Assembly: GCF_006345805.1 (NCBI RefSeq)
Contig: NW_021833793.1
Coordinates: forward strand, 1 to 56,304
Origin: Octopus sinensis
Lineage: Eukaryota
Direction of reading: 5' to 3'
Length of the DNA: 56,304 nucleotides
Shown: positions 13,132-26,700 of the stretch, in pieces
How the letters are laid out: the number at the start of each line of letters is the position of its first letter
Numbering within the stretch: the first letter of the stretch is position 1
Notes under the pieces: model-generated
Seen by the model: only the letters and a program-made list of their open reading frames with translations
Told to the model about the DNA's origin: nothing
Databases searched by the model: none
Made by a program: the position numbers and the translations under genes

Positions 13132-13695
13132 CGTAAATTCTCGAGTATATTCCGCCCTTGATTATAATACGCAGGGGAATTTTAGGGGGCTGTATCTCTG
13201 TAAAACCTAATCCTTGTGTATAATACGCACCCCTTCTCTAACTTGAGTTAAGGAGGTCGTATATAACGTCCTTGGTTTGTAAGAATGTATACGGTAACGT
13301 AATTTATTATTATTGTATACATAACATAATGCAAACGTGTAGCTTTTTTGTGCATGTTGTTTGCAGAAAATAAAGAAATAACAGTAATAACGTCAGTGGA
13401 AAATAAATATTAAGTAAATTGCCTTTACATATTTATCACTATCAGTTACAAAAGCAAAGCCATTTATTCAAATCCTTCAAATTCAATGTCTCTTTCAGCA
13501 TCAACTAACTGTTCCATTTGTTCCTCCCTAAACATGTCAGCATCATTGTAGTGTAAATCTCCGTCATCGTCAGATTCATAGTCAACATCAGACGATTCCC
13601 TTTCATTCATTTCATCTTTCCATACAACGTCATCCAGTGCAGACGACATACAACATTTGATGCAGACGACATACAACATTTGATAAAACTTTCCT
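13132..13695 (-). mobile_element. pogo/Tigger-like DNA transposon 3' remnant; shorter paralogs at ~9050-9335 and ~11413-11720
   Basis: Minus strand encodes KSFIKCCMSSALDDVVW, an acidic tail and EFEGFE*, like pogo transposase C-termini; terminus resembles TA-CCGTRAATCCTCGAGTATA. Confidence 0.65.
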
Positions 13696-14766
13696 AACAC
13701 CAACCACTCAGCAGAATGGACTGAGTGCTTTTTAAGTGGCACCAGCACCGGCAGGGTCACCAAATAACTTGGAAGACAAGGAATTCTGAGAGGGGGAGGG
13801 GACATTGGAGGAGGGGAACTTGTGTCGCATGAGGAAAGGTTAGAGTGAGATAGAAAGGCAGAAACAGGTGTCTTGCTGTGGGGGGGTGAAAGGTTACTCA
13901 TTCAGAGAGAGTGAAGGTGAGAGAGAGAGGAAAAAAGGGAGAAGGAGGGAGGGGGAGAGGGTGTGAGATATGAAGGGAGGGAGAAGGGGAGGGTGGAAGT
14001 AAGATGAGAGAGAGGGTGAAAGAGAGAGAGGGTGGGAGAGAGAGAGGGTGGAGAGAGAGAGGGTGGGAGAGAGAGGGTGGGAGAGAGAGAGGGAGAGAGG
14101 GTAAGAAAGTGAATGAGAGGGATGGAGTGAAAGAGCAGAGGCAGGGAGAGGAAGAGGGAGGGAGAGAGGAGAAGAGAAAGAGAGAGGGAGGGAGATTGAG
14201 AGATAGGAGAAATAGAATGAGAGGGAAGAACGGAGAGAGAGTGAGGGAGAAAAGAGTGAGAGGGCGGATGGCGAGAGACAGAGGGAGCGATGGGAAACGC
14301 AGACGGAGAGAGAGAAAATGAAAGATGAAAGGGTGGAGTGGGTAGGAGAGAGAACGAAAGCAAGTGTGTTGCAGTAGAGGAGATGCAGGTTAGAGAGAAA
14401 GAGGAGGGGAAAAAGAGGAAGAGAGAGTGCTAGAGAGAGCAGGAGAACGATGATGGTGAAGTGCCAGGTGAGGGCAGAACATATAAAGGGTGATAGAGTA
14501 AGAAAGAAAGACAGAGAGAGATAAAAGGCAGCATGTGACAGGAATAGCGACGAGGTAGAGGGAGGCTACGATATAAGTGTGCAGGCACGTTGCCAAGGGA
14601 ACGCGAGTAGGTAGCGGAGGCAGAGACTAGGGAGTACTGGTACATAGAAGGAGGGAGGGTGGATAGGAATGATAGAGAGAGCAGAGCAGGGAGGACAGCA
14701 TTCGTCACTCAGCTCCTAACGGACATGCTCGCGGGACTGGTCAAAGGGAGAATACTCGACCTTGCC

Positions 14767-17700
14767 GACCACGCTCTGTGTATGTGTGTTCGTTCTGTCT
14801 GCATAGCACAAACATCAATCTGTCTGTGTACGTGTGTTCGTTCCGTTGACATAGCATAAACACCAATCTGTCTGTGTACGTGTGTTCGTTCCGTTGACAT
14901 AGCATAAACATCAATCTGTCTGTGTACGTGTGTTCGTTCCGTAGACATAGCATCAACCACGCTCTGTGTATGTGTGTTCGTTCTGTCTGCATAGCACAAA
15001 CACCAATCTGTCTGTGTACGTGTGTTCGTTCCGTTGACATAGCATAAACATCAATCTGTCTGTGTACGTGTGTTCGTTCCGTTGACATAGCATAAACACC
15101 AATCTGTCTGTGTACGTGTGTTCGTTCCGTTGACATAGCATAACACCATCTGTCTGTGTACGTGTGTTCGTTCCGTGACATAGCATAAACATCAATCTGT
15201 CTGTGTACGTGTGTTCGTTCCGTAGACATAGCATCAACCACGCTCTGTGTATGTGTGTTCGTTCTGTCTGCATAGCACAAACACCAATCTGTCTGTGTAC
15301 GTGTGTTCGTTCCGTGACATAGCATAAACATCAATCTGTCTGTGTACGTGTGTTCGTTCCGTTGACATAGCATATAAACACCAATCTGTGTGTACGTGTG
15401 TTCGTTCCGTTGACATAGCATAAACACCAATCTTCTGTGTACGTGTGTTCGTTCCGTTGACATAGCATAAACATCAATCTGTCTGTGTACGTGTGTTCGT
15501 TCCGTAGACATAGCATCAACCACGCTCTGTGTATGTGTGTTCGTTCTGTCTGCATAGCACAAACACCAATCTGTCTGTGTACGTGTGTTCGTTCCGTTGA
15601 CATAGCATAAACATCAATCTGTCTGTGTACGTGTGTTCGTTCCGTTGACATAGCATAAACACCAATCTGTCTGTGTACGTGTGTTCGTTCCGTTGACATA
15701 GCATAAACATCAATCTGTCTGTGTACGTGTGTTCGTTCCGTTGACATAGCATAAACATCAATCTGTCTGTGTACGTGTGTTCGTTCCGTTGACATAGCAT
15801 CAACAACGTCTGTGTATGTGTGTTCGTTCTGTTGCATAGCATAAACATCAATCTGTCTGTGTACGTGTGTTCGTTCCGTGACATAGCATCAACCACGCTC
15901 TGTGTATGTGTTCGTTCTGTCTGCATAGCATAAACATCAATCTGTCTGTGTACGTGTGTTCGTTCCGTAGACATAGCATCAACCACGCTCTGTGTATGTG
16001 TGTTCGTTCTGTCTGCATAGCCAAAACATCAATCTGTCTGTGTACGTGTGTTCGTTCCGTAGACATAGCATCAACCACGCTCTGTGTATGTGTGTTTTTG
16101 TTCCGTCTGCATAGCATAAAACATCATTCTGTCTGTGTACGTGTGTTCGTTCCGTCTACATAGCATCAACCACGCTCTGTGTATGTGTGTTTGTTCCGTC
16201 TGCATAGCATAACATCAATTCTGTCTGTGTACGTGTGTGTTCGTTCCGTAGACATAGCATCAACCACGCTCTGTGTATGTGCTGTTCGTTCCGTCTGCAT
16301 AGCGATAAACATCAATCTGTCTGTGTACGTGTGTTCGTTCCGTAGACATAGCATCACCTCGCTCTGTGTATGTGTGTTCGTTCTGTCTGCATAGCATAAA
16401 CATCAATCTGTCTGTGTACGTGTGTTCGTTCCGTCTACATAGCATCAACCACGCTCTGTGTATGTGTGTTTGTTCCGTCTGCATAGCATAAACATCAATC
16501 TGTCTGTGTACGTGTGTTCGTTCCGTAGACATAGCATCAACCACGCTCTGTGTATGTGTGTTTGTTCCGTCTGCATAGCATAAACATCAATCTGTCTGTG
16601 TACGTGTGTTCGTTCCGTAGACATAGCATCAACCACGCTCTGTGTATGTGCGTTCGTTCCGTCTGCATAGCATAAACATCAATCTGTCTGTGTACGTGTG
16701 TTCGTTCCGTAGACATAGCATCAACCACGCTCTGTGTATGTGTGTTCGTTCGTCTGCATAGCATAAACATCAATCTGTCTGTGTACGTGTGTTCGTTCCG
16801 TAGACATAGCATCAACCACGCTCTGTGTATGTGTTCGTTCGTCTGCATAGCATAAACATCAATCTGTCTGTGTACGTGTGTTCGTTCCGTAGACATAGCA
16901 TCAACCACGCTCTGTGTATGTGTGTTCGTTCGTCTGCATAGCATAAACATCAATCTGTCTGTGTACGTGTGTTCGTTCCGTAGACATAGCATCAACCACG
17001 CTCTGTGTATGTGTGTTCGTTCCGTCTGCATAGCATAAACATCAATCTGTCTGTGTACGTGTGTTCGTTCCGTAGACATAGCATCAACCACGCTCTGTGT
17101 ATGTGTGTTCGTTCCGTCTGCATAGCATAAACATCAATCTGTCTGTGTACGTGTGTTCGTTCCGTAGACATAGCATCAACCACGCTCTGTGTATGTGTGT
17201 TCGTTCCGTCTGCATAGCATAAACATCAATCTGTCTGTGTACGTGTGTTCGTTCCGTAGACATAGCATCAACCACGCTCTGTGTATGTGTGTTCGTTCGT
17301 GTCTGCATAGCATAAACATCAATCTGTCTGTGTACGTGTGTTCGTTCCGTAGACATAGCATCAACCACGCTCTGTGTATGTGTGTTCGTTCCGTCTGCAT
17401 AGCATAAACATCAATCTGTCTGTGTACGTGTGTTCGTTCCGTAGACATAGCATCAACCACGCTCTGTGTATGTGTGTTCGTTCCGTCTGCATAGCATAAA
17501 CATCAATCTGTCTGTGTAGTGTGTGTTCGTTCCGTAGACATAGCATCAACCACGCTCTGTGTATGTGTGTTCGTTCCGTCTGCATAGCATAAACATCAAT
17601 CTGTCTGTGTACGTGTGTTCGTTCCGTAGACATAGCATCAACCACGCTCTGTGTATGTGTGTTCGTTCCGTCTGCATAGCATAAACATCAATCTGTCTGT

Positions 17701-20700
17701 GTTCGTGTGTTCGTTCCGTAGACATAGCATCAACCACGCTCTGTGTATGTGCGTTCGTTCGTCTGCATAGCATAAACATCAATCTGTCTGTGTACGTGTG
17801 TTCGTTCCGTAGACATAGCATCAACCACGCTCTGTGTATGTGTGTTCGTTCCGTCTGCATAGCATAAACATCAATCTGTCTGTGTACGTGTGTTCGTTCC
17901 GTAGACATAGCATCAACCACGCTCTGTGTATGTGTGTTCGTTCTGTCTGCATAGCATAAACATCAATCTGTCTGTGTACGTGTGTTCGTTCCGTAGACAT
18001 AGCATCAACCACGCTCTGTGTATGTGTGTTCGTTCTGTCTGAATAGCATAAACATCAATCTGTCTGTGTACGTGTGTTCGTTCCGTAGACATAGCATCAA
18101 CCACGCTCTGTGTATGTGTGTTCGTTCTGTCTGCATAGCATAAACATCAATCTGTCTGTGTACGTGTGTTCGTTCCGTAGACATAGCATCAACCACGCTC
18201 TGTGTATGTGTGTTCGTTCTGTCTGCATAGCATAAACATCAATCTGTCTGTGTACGTGTGTTCGTTCCGTAGACATAGCATCAACCACGCTCTGTGTATG
18301 TGTGTTCGTTCTGTCTGCATAGCATAAACATCAATCTGTCTGTGTACGTGTGTTCGTTCCGTAGACATAGCATCAACCACGCTTTGTGTATGTGTGTTCG
18401 TTCTGTCTGCATAGCATAAACATGAATCTGTCTGTGTACGTGTGTTCGTTCCGTAGACATAGCATCAACAACGCTTTGTGTATGTGTGTTCGTTCTGTCT
18501 GCATAGCATAAACATGAATCTGTTTGTGTACGTGTGTTCGTTCCGTAGACATAGCATCAACCACGCTTTGTGTATGTGTGTTCGTTCTGTCTGCATAGCA
18601 TAAACATCAATCTGTCTGTGTACGTGTGTTCGTTCCGTAGACATAGCATCAACCACGCTGTGTGTATGTGTGTTCGTTCTGTCTGCATAGCATAAACATC
18701 AATCTGTCTGTGTACGTGTGTTCGTTCCGTAGACATAGCATCAACCACGCTGTGTGTATGTGTGTTCGTTCTGTCTGCATAGCATAAACATCAATCTGTC
18801 TGTGTACGTGTGTTCGTTCTGTCTGCATAGCATAAACATCAATCTGTCTGTGTACGTGTGTTCGTTCCGTAGACATAGCATCAACCACGCTCTGTGTATG
18901 TGTGTTCGTTCTGTCTGCATAGCATAAACATCAATCTGTCTGTGTACGTGTGTTCGTTCCGTAGACATAGCATCAACCACGCTCTGTGTATGTGTGTTCG
19001 TTCTGTCTGCATAGCATAAACATCAATCTGTCTGTGTACGTGTGTTCGTTCCGTAGACATAGCATCAACAACGCTCTGTGTATGTGTGTTCGTTCTGTCT
19101 GCATAGCATAAACATCAATCTGTCTGTGTACGTGTGTTCGTTCCGTAGACATAGCATCAACCACGCTCTGTGTATGTGTGTTCGTTCTGTCTGCATAGCA
19201 TAAACATCAATCTGTCTGTGTACGTGTGTTCGTTCCGTAGACATAGCATCAACCACGCTCTGTGTATGTGTGTTCGTTCCGTAGACATAGCATCAACCAC
19301 GCTCTGTGTATGTGTGTTCGTTCTGTCTGCATAGCATAAACATCAATCTGTCTGTGTACGTGTGTTCGTTCCGTAGACATAGCATCAACCACGCTGTGTA
19401 TGTGTGTTCGTTCCGTCTGCATAGCATAAACACAATCTGTCTGTGTACGTGTGTTCGTTCCGCAGACATAGCATCATCAACCACGCTCTGTGTATGTGTG
19501 TTCGTTCTGTCTGCATAGCATAAACATCAATCTGTCTGTTACGTGTTGTTCGTTCCGTAGACATATCAGCACACCACGCTCTGTGTATGTGTGTTCGTTC
19601 TGTCTGATAGCATAAACATCAATCTGTCTGTGTACGTGTGTTCGTTCCGTAGACATAGCATCAACCACGATCTGTGTATGTGTGTTCGTTCTGTCTGCAT
19701 AGCATAAACATCAATCTGTCTGTGTACGTGTGTTCGTTCCGTAGACATAGCATCAACCACGCTCTGTGTATGTGTGTTCGTTCTGTCTGCATAGCATAAA
19801 ACATCATCTGTCTGTGTACGTGTGTTCGTTGTTCCGTAACACATAGCATCAACCACGCTCTGTGTATGTGTGTTCGTTCTGTCTACATAGCATAAACATC
19901 AATCTGTCTGTGTACGTGTGTTCGTTCCGTAGACATAGCATCAACCACGCTCTGTGTATGTGTGTTCGTTCTGTCTGCATAGCATAAACATCAATCTGTC
20001 TGTGTACGTGTGTTCGTTCCGTAGACATAGCATCAACCACGCTCGTGTGTATGTTGTTCGTTCTCTGTCTGCATAGCATAAACATCAATCTGTCTGTGTA
20101 CGTGTGTTCGTTCCGTAGACATAGCATCAACCACGCTCTGTGTACGTGTGTTCGTTCCGTAGACATAGCATCAACCACGCTCTGTGTATGTGTGTTCGTT
20201 CCGTAGACATAGCATCAACCACGCTCTGTGTACTGTTGTGTTCGTTCCGTAGACAGCAGCATCAACCACGCTCTCTGTACGTGTGTTCGTTCCGTAGACA
20301 TAGCATCAACCACGCTCTGTGTATGTGTGTTTTCGTTCCGTAGACATAGCATCAACCACGCTCTGTGTACGTGTGTTCGTTCCGTAGACATAGCATCAAC
20401 CACGCTCTGTGTGTGTGTTCGTTCCGTAGACATAGCATCAACCACGCTCTGTGTATGTGTGTTCGTTCTGTCTGCATAGCATAAACATCAATCTGTCTGT
20501 GTACGTGTGTTCGTTCCGTAGACATAGCATCAACCACGATCTGTGTATGTGTGTTCGTTCTGTCTGCATAGCATAACATCAATCTGTCTGTGTACGTGTG
20601 TTCGTTCCGTAGACATAGCATCAACCACGCTCTGTGTATGTGTTCGTTCTGTCTGCATAGCATAAACATCAATCTGTCTGTGTACGTGTGTTCGTTCCGT

Positions 20701-23700
20701 TTACATAGCATCAACCACGCTCTGTGTATGTGTGTTCGTTCTGTCTGCATAGCATAAACATCAATCTGTCTGTGTACGTGTGTTCGTTCCGTTTACATAG
20801 CATCAACCACGCTCTGTGTATGTGTGTTCGTTCTGTCTGCATAGCATAAACATCAATCTGTCTGTGTACGTGTGTTCGTTCCGTAGACATAGCATCAACC
20901 ACGCTCTGTGTATGTGTGTTCGTTCTGTCTGCATAGCATAAACATCAATCTGTCTGTGTACGTGTGTTCGTTCCGTAGACATAGCATCAACCACGCTCTG
21001 TGTATGTGTGTTCGTTCCGTCTGCATAGCATAAACATCAATCTGTCTGTGTACGTGTGTTCGTTCCGTAGACATAGCATCAACCACGCTCTGTGTATGTG
21101 TGTTCGTTCCGTCTGCATAGCATAAACATCAATCTGTCTGTGTACGTGTGTTCGTTCCGTAGACATAGCATCAACCACGCTCTGTGTATGTGTGTTCGTT
21201 CTGTCTACATAGCATAAACATCAATCTGTCTGTGTACGTGTGTTCGTTCCGTAGACATAGCATCAACCACGCTCTGTATGTGTGTGTTCGTTCTGTCTGC
21301 ATAGCATAAACATCAATCTGTCTGTGTACGTGTGTTCGTTCCGTAGACATAGCATCAACCACGCTCTGTGTATGTGTGTTCGTTCCGTCTGCATAGCATA
21401 AACATCAATCTGTGTGTACGTGTGTTCGTTCCGTAGACATAGCATCAACCACGCTCTGTGTATGTGTGTTCGTTCCGTCTGCATAGCATAAACATCAATC
21501 TGTCTGTGTACGTGTGTTCGTTCCGTTGACATAGCATCAACCACGCTCTGTGTATGTGTGTTCGTTCCGTCTGCATAGCATAAACATCAATCTGTCTGTG
21601 TACGTGTGTTCGTTCCGTAGACATAGCATCAACCACGCTCTGTGTATGTGTGTTCGTTCGTCTGCATAGCATAAACATCAATCTGTCTGTGTACGTGTGT
21701 TCGTTCCGTAGACATAGCATCAACCACGCTCTGTGTATGTGTGTTCGTTCTGTCTACATAGCATAAACATCAATCTGTCTGTGTACGTGTGTTCGTTCCG
21801 TGACATAGCATCAACCACGCTCTGTGTATGTGTGGTCGTTCTGTCTGCATAGCATAAACATCAATCTGTCTGTGTACGTGTGTTCGTTCCGTTTACATAG
21901 CATCAACCACGCTCTGTGTATGTGTGTTCGTTCTGTCTGCATAGCATAAACATCAATCTGTCTGTGTACGTGTGTTCGTTCCGTAGACATAGCATCAACC
22001 ACGCTCTGTGTATGTGTGTTCGTTCTGTCTGCATAGCATAAACATCAATCTGTCTGTGTACGTGTGTTCGTTCCGTAGACATAGCATCAACCCCGCTCTG
22101 TGTATGTGTGTTCGTTCTGTCTCTGTCTGCATAGCATAAACATCAATCTGTCTGTGTACGTGTGTTCGTTCCGTAGACATAGCATCAACCACGCTCTGTG
22201 TATGTGCGTTCGTTCCGTCTGCATAGCATAAACATCAATCTGTCTGTGTACGTGTGTTCGTTCCGTAGACATAGCATCAACCACCTCGCTCTGTGTATGT
22301 GTGTTCGTTCTGTCTGCATAGCATAAACATCAATCTGTCTGTGTACGTGTGTTCGTTCCGTCTACATAGCATCAACCACGCTCTGTGTATGTGTTTTGTT
22401 CCGTCTGCATAGCATAAACATCAATCTGTCTGTGTACGTGTGTTCGTTCCGTCTACATAGCATCAAAACGCTCTGTGTATGTGTGTTCGTTCTGTCTGCA
22501 TAGCATAAACATCAATCTGTCTGTGTACGTGTGTTCGTTCCGTAGACATAGCATCAACCACGCTCTGTGTATGTGTGTTCGTTCCGTCTGCATAGCATAA
22601 ACATCAATCTGTCTGTGTACGTGTGTTCGTTCCGTAGACATAGCATCAACCACGCTCTGTGTATGTGCGTTCGTTCCGTCTGCATAGCATAAACATCAAT
22701 CTGTCTGTGTACGTGTGTTCGTTCCGTAGACATAGCATCAACCACGCTCTGTGTATGTGTGTTCGTTCCGTCTGCATAGCATAAACATCAATCTGTCTGT
22801 GTACGTGTGTTCGTTCCGTAGACATAGCATCAACCACGCTCTGTGTATATGTGTTCGTTCCGTCTGCATAGCATAAACATCAATCTGTCTGTGTACGTGT
22901 GTTCGTTCCGTAGACATAGCATCAACCACGCTCTGTGTATGTGTGTTCGTTCCGTCTGCATAGCATAAACATCAATCTGTCTGTGTACGTGTGTTCGTTC
23001 CGTAGACATAGCATCAACCACGCTCTGTGTATGTGTGTTCGTTCCGTCTGCATAGCATAAACATCAATCTGTCTGTGTACGTGTGTTCGTTCCGTAGACA
23101 TAGCATCAACCACGCTCTGTGTATGTGTGTTCGTTCCGTCTGCATAGCATAAACATCAATCTGTCTGTGTACGTGTGTTCGTTCCGTAGACATAGCATCA
23201 ACCACGCTCTGTGTATGTGTGTTCGTTCCGTCTGCATAGCATAAACATCAATCTGTCTGTGTACGTGTGTTCGTTCCGTAGACATAGCATCAACCACGCT
23301 CTGTGTATGTGTGTTCGTTCCGTCTGCATAGCATAAACATCAATCTGTCTGTGTACGTGTGTTCGTTCCGTAGACATAGCATCAACCACGCTCTGTGTAT
23401 GTGTGTTCGTTCCGTCTGCATAGCATAAACATCAATCTGTCTGTGTTCGTGTGTTCGTTCCGTAGACATAGCATCAACCACGCTCTGTGTATGTGTGTTC
23501 GTTCTGTCTGCATAGCATAAACATCAATCTGTCTGTGTTCGTGTGTTCGTTCCGTAGACATAGCATCAACCACGCTCTGTGTATGTGTGTTCGTTCCGTC
23601 TGCATAGCATAAACATCAATCTGTCTGTGTACGTGTGTTCGTTCCGTAGACATAGCATCAGCCACGCTCTGTGTATGTGTGTTCGTTCTGTCTGCATAGC

Positions 23701-26700
23701 ATAAACATCAATCTGTCTGTGTACGTGTGTTCGTTCCGTAGACATAGCATCAACCACGCTCTGTGTATGTGTGTTCGTTCTGTCTGCATAGCATAAACAT
23801 CAATCTGTCTGTGTTCGTGTGTTCGTTCCGTAGACATAGCATCAACCACGCTCTGTGTATGTGTGTTCGTTCTGTCTGCATAGCATAAACATCAATCTGT
23901 CTGTGTACGTGTGTTCGTTCCGTAGACATAGCATCAACCACGCTCTGTGTATGTGTGTTCGTTCTGTCTGCATAGCATAAACATCAATCTGTCTGTGTAC
24001 GTGTGTTCGTTCAGTAGACATAGCATCAACCACGATCTGTGTATGTGTGTTCGTTCTGTCTGCATAGCATAAACATCAATCTGTCTGTGTACGTGTGTTC
24101 GTTCCGTAGACATAGCATCAACCACGCTCTGTGTATGTGTGTTCGTTCTGTCTGCATAGCATAAACATCAATCTGTCTGTGTACGTGTGTTCGTTCGTAG
24201 ACATAGCATCAACCACGATCTGTGTATGTGTGTTCGTTCTGTCTGCATAGCATAAACATCAATCTGTCTGTGTACGTGTGTTCGTTCCGTAGACATAGCA
24301 TCAACCACGCTCTGTATGTGTGTTCGTTCTGTCTGCATAGCATAAACATGAATCTGTCTGTGTACGTGTGTTCGTTCCGTAGACATAGCATCAACCACGC
24401 TCTGTGTATGTGTGTTCGTTCTGTCTGCATAGCATAAACATCAATCTGTCTGTGTTCGTGTGTTCGTTCCGTAGACATAGCATCAACCACGCTCTGTGTG
24501 TATGTGTGTTCGTTCTGTCTGCATAGCATAAACATCAATCTGTCTGTGTACGTGTGTTCGTTCCGTAGACATAGCATCAACCACGCTCTGTGTACGTGTG
24601 TTCGTTCCGTAGACATAGCATCAACCACGCTCTGTGTATGTGTGTTCGTTCCGTAGACATAGCATCAACCACGCTCTGTGTACGTGTGTTCGTTCCGTAG
24701 ACATAGCATCAACCACGCTCTGTGTACGTGTGTTCGTTCCGTAGACATAGCATCAACCACGCTCTGTGTATGTGTGTTCGTTCCGTAGACATAGCATCAA
24801 CCACGCTCTGTGTACGTGTGTTCGTTCCGTAGACATAGCATCAACCACGCTCTGTGTATGTGTTGTTTCGTTCCGTAGACATAGCATCAACCACGCTCTG
24901 TGTATGTGTGTCGTTCTGTCTGCATAGCATAAACATCAATCTGTCTGTGTACGTGTGTTCGTTCCGTAGACATAGCATCAACCACGCTCTGTGTATGTGT
25001 GTCGTTCTGTCTGCATAGCATAAACATCAATCTGTCTGTGTACGTGTGTTCGTTCCGTAGAGACATAGCATCAACAACGCTTTGTGTATGTGTGTTCGTT
25101 CTGTCTGCATAGCATAAACATCAATCTGTCTGTGTACGTGTGTTCGTTCCGTAGACATAGCATCAAACACGCTCTGTGTATGTGTGTTCGTTCTGTCTGC
25201 ATAGCATAAACATCAATCTGTCTGTGTACGTGTGTTCGTTCCGTAGAGACATAGCATCAACAACGCTTTGTGTATGTGTGTTCGTTCTGTCTGCATAGCA
25301 TAAACATCAATCTGTCTGTGTACGTGTGTTCGTTCCGTAGACATAGCATCAAAACGCTCTGTGTATGTGTGTTCGTTCTGTCTGCATAGCATAAACATCA
25401 ATCTGTCTGTGTACGTGTGTTCGTTCCGTAGACATAGCATCAACAACGCTTTGTGTATGTGTGTTCGTTCTGTCTACATAGCATAAACATCAATCTGTCT
25501 GTGTACGTGTGTTCGTTCCGTAGACATAGCATCAACAACGCTCTGTGTATGTGTGTTCGTTCTGTCTGCATAGCATAAACATCAATCTGTCTGTGTACGT
25601 GTGTTCGTTCCGTAGACATAGCATCAACAACGCTTTGTGTATGTGTGTTCGTTCTGTCTACATAGCATAAACATCAATCTGTCTGTGTACGTGTGTTCGT
25701 TCCGTAGACATAGCATCAACAACGCTCTGTGTATGTGTGTTCGTTCTGTCTGCATAGCATAAACATCAATCTGTCTGTGTACGTGTGTTCGTTCCGTAGA
25801 CATAGCATCAACAACGCTCTGTGTATGTGTGTTCGTTCCGTCTGCATAGCATAAACATCAATCTGTCTGTGTACGTGTGTTCGTTCCGTAGACATAGCAT
25901 CAACCACGCTCTGTGTATGTGTGTTCGTTCTGTCTGCATAGCATAAACATCAATCTGTCTGTGTACGTGTGTTCGTTCCGTAGACAGCATCAACAACGCT
26001 TTGTGTATGTGTGTTCGTTCTGTCTGCATAGCATAAACATCAATCTGTCTGTGTACGTGTGTTCGTTCCGTAGACATAGCATCAACACGCTTTGTGTATG
26101 TGTGTTCGTTCTGTCTGCATAGCATAAACATCAATCTGTCTGTGTACGTGTGTTCGTTCCGTAGACATAGCATCAACCTCGCTCTGTGTACGTGTGTTCG
26201 TTCTGTCTGCATAGCATAAACATCAATCTGTCTGTGTCCGTGTGTTCGTTCCGTAGACATAGCATCAACCACGCTCTGTGTATGTGTGTTCGTTCTGTCT
26301 GCATAGCATAAACATCAATCTGTCTGTGTACGTGTGTTCGTTCCGTAGACATAGCATCAACCAACGCTTTGTGTATGTGTGTTCGTTCTGTCGTCTGTCT
26401 GCATAGCATAAACATGAATCTGTCTGTGTACGTGTGTTCGTTCCGTAGACATAGCATCAACCACGCTTTGTGTATGTGTGTTCGTTCTGTCTGCATAGCA
26501 TAAACATCAATCTGTCTGTGTACGTGTGTTCGTTCCGTAGACATAGCATCAACCTCGCTCTGTGTACGTGTGTTCGTTCTGTCTGCATAGCATAAACATC
26601 AATCTGTCTGTGTACGTGTGTTCGTTCCGTAGACATAGCATCAACCACGCTCTGTGTATGTGTGTTCGTTCTGTCTGCATAGCATAAACATCAATCTGTC

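Larger units (their letters stand above)
6633..14770 (+). repeat. Diverged tandem segmental duplication, ~4 copies (6633-9433, 9434-11721, 11722-13787, 13788-14770 truncated)
   Basis: Same ordered blocks recur: RTE-UTR fragment, GA-rich tract, AGGACAGCATTCGTCACTC block, ...AGGGTTAA, MITE, SINE A, pogo remnant. Confidence 0.9.

Noticed and set aside
6685-14708. Ser/Leu/Pro-rich and Arg/Glu-rich ORFs
   Set aside because: Translation of GA/CT low-complexity tracts; frames are not conserved between duplicated copies
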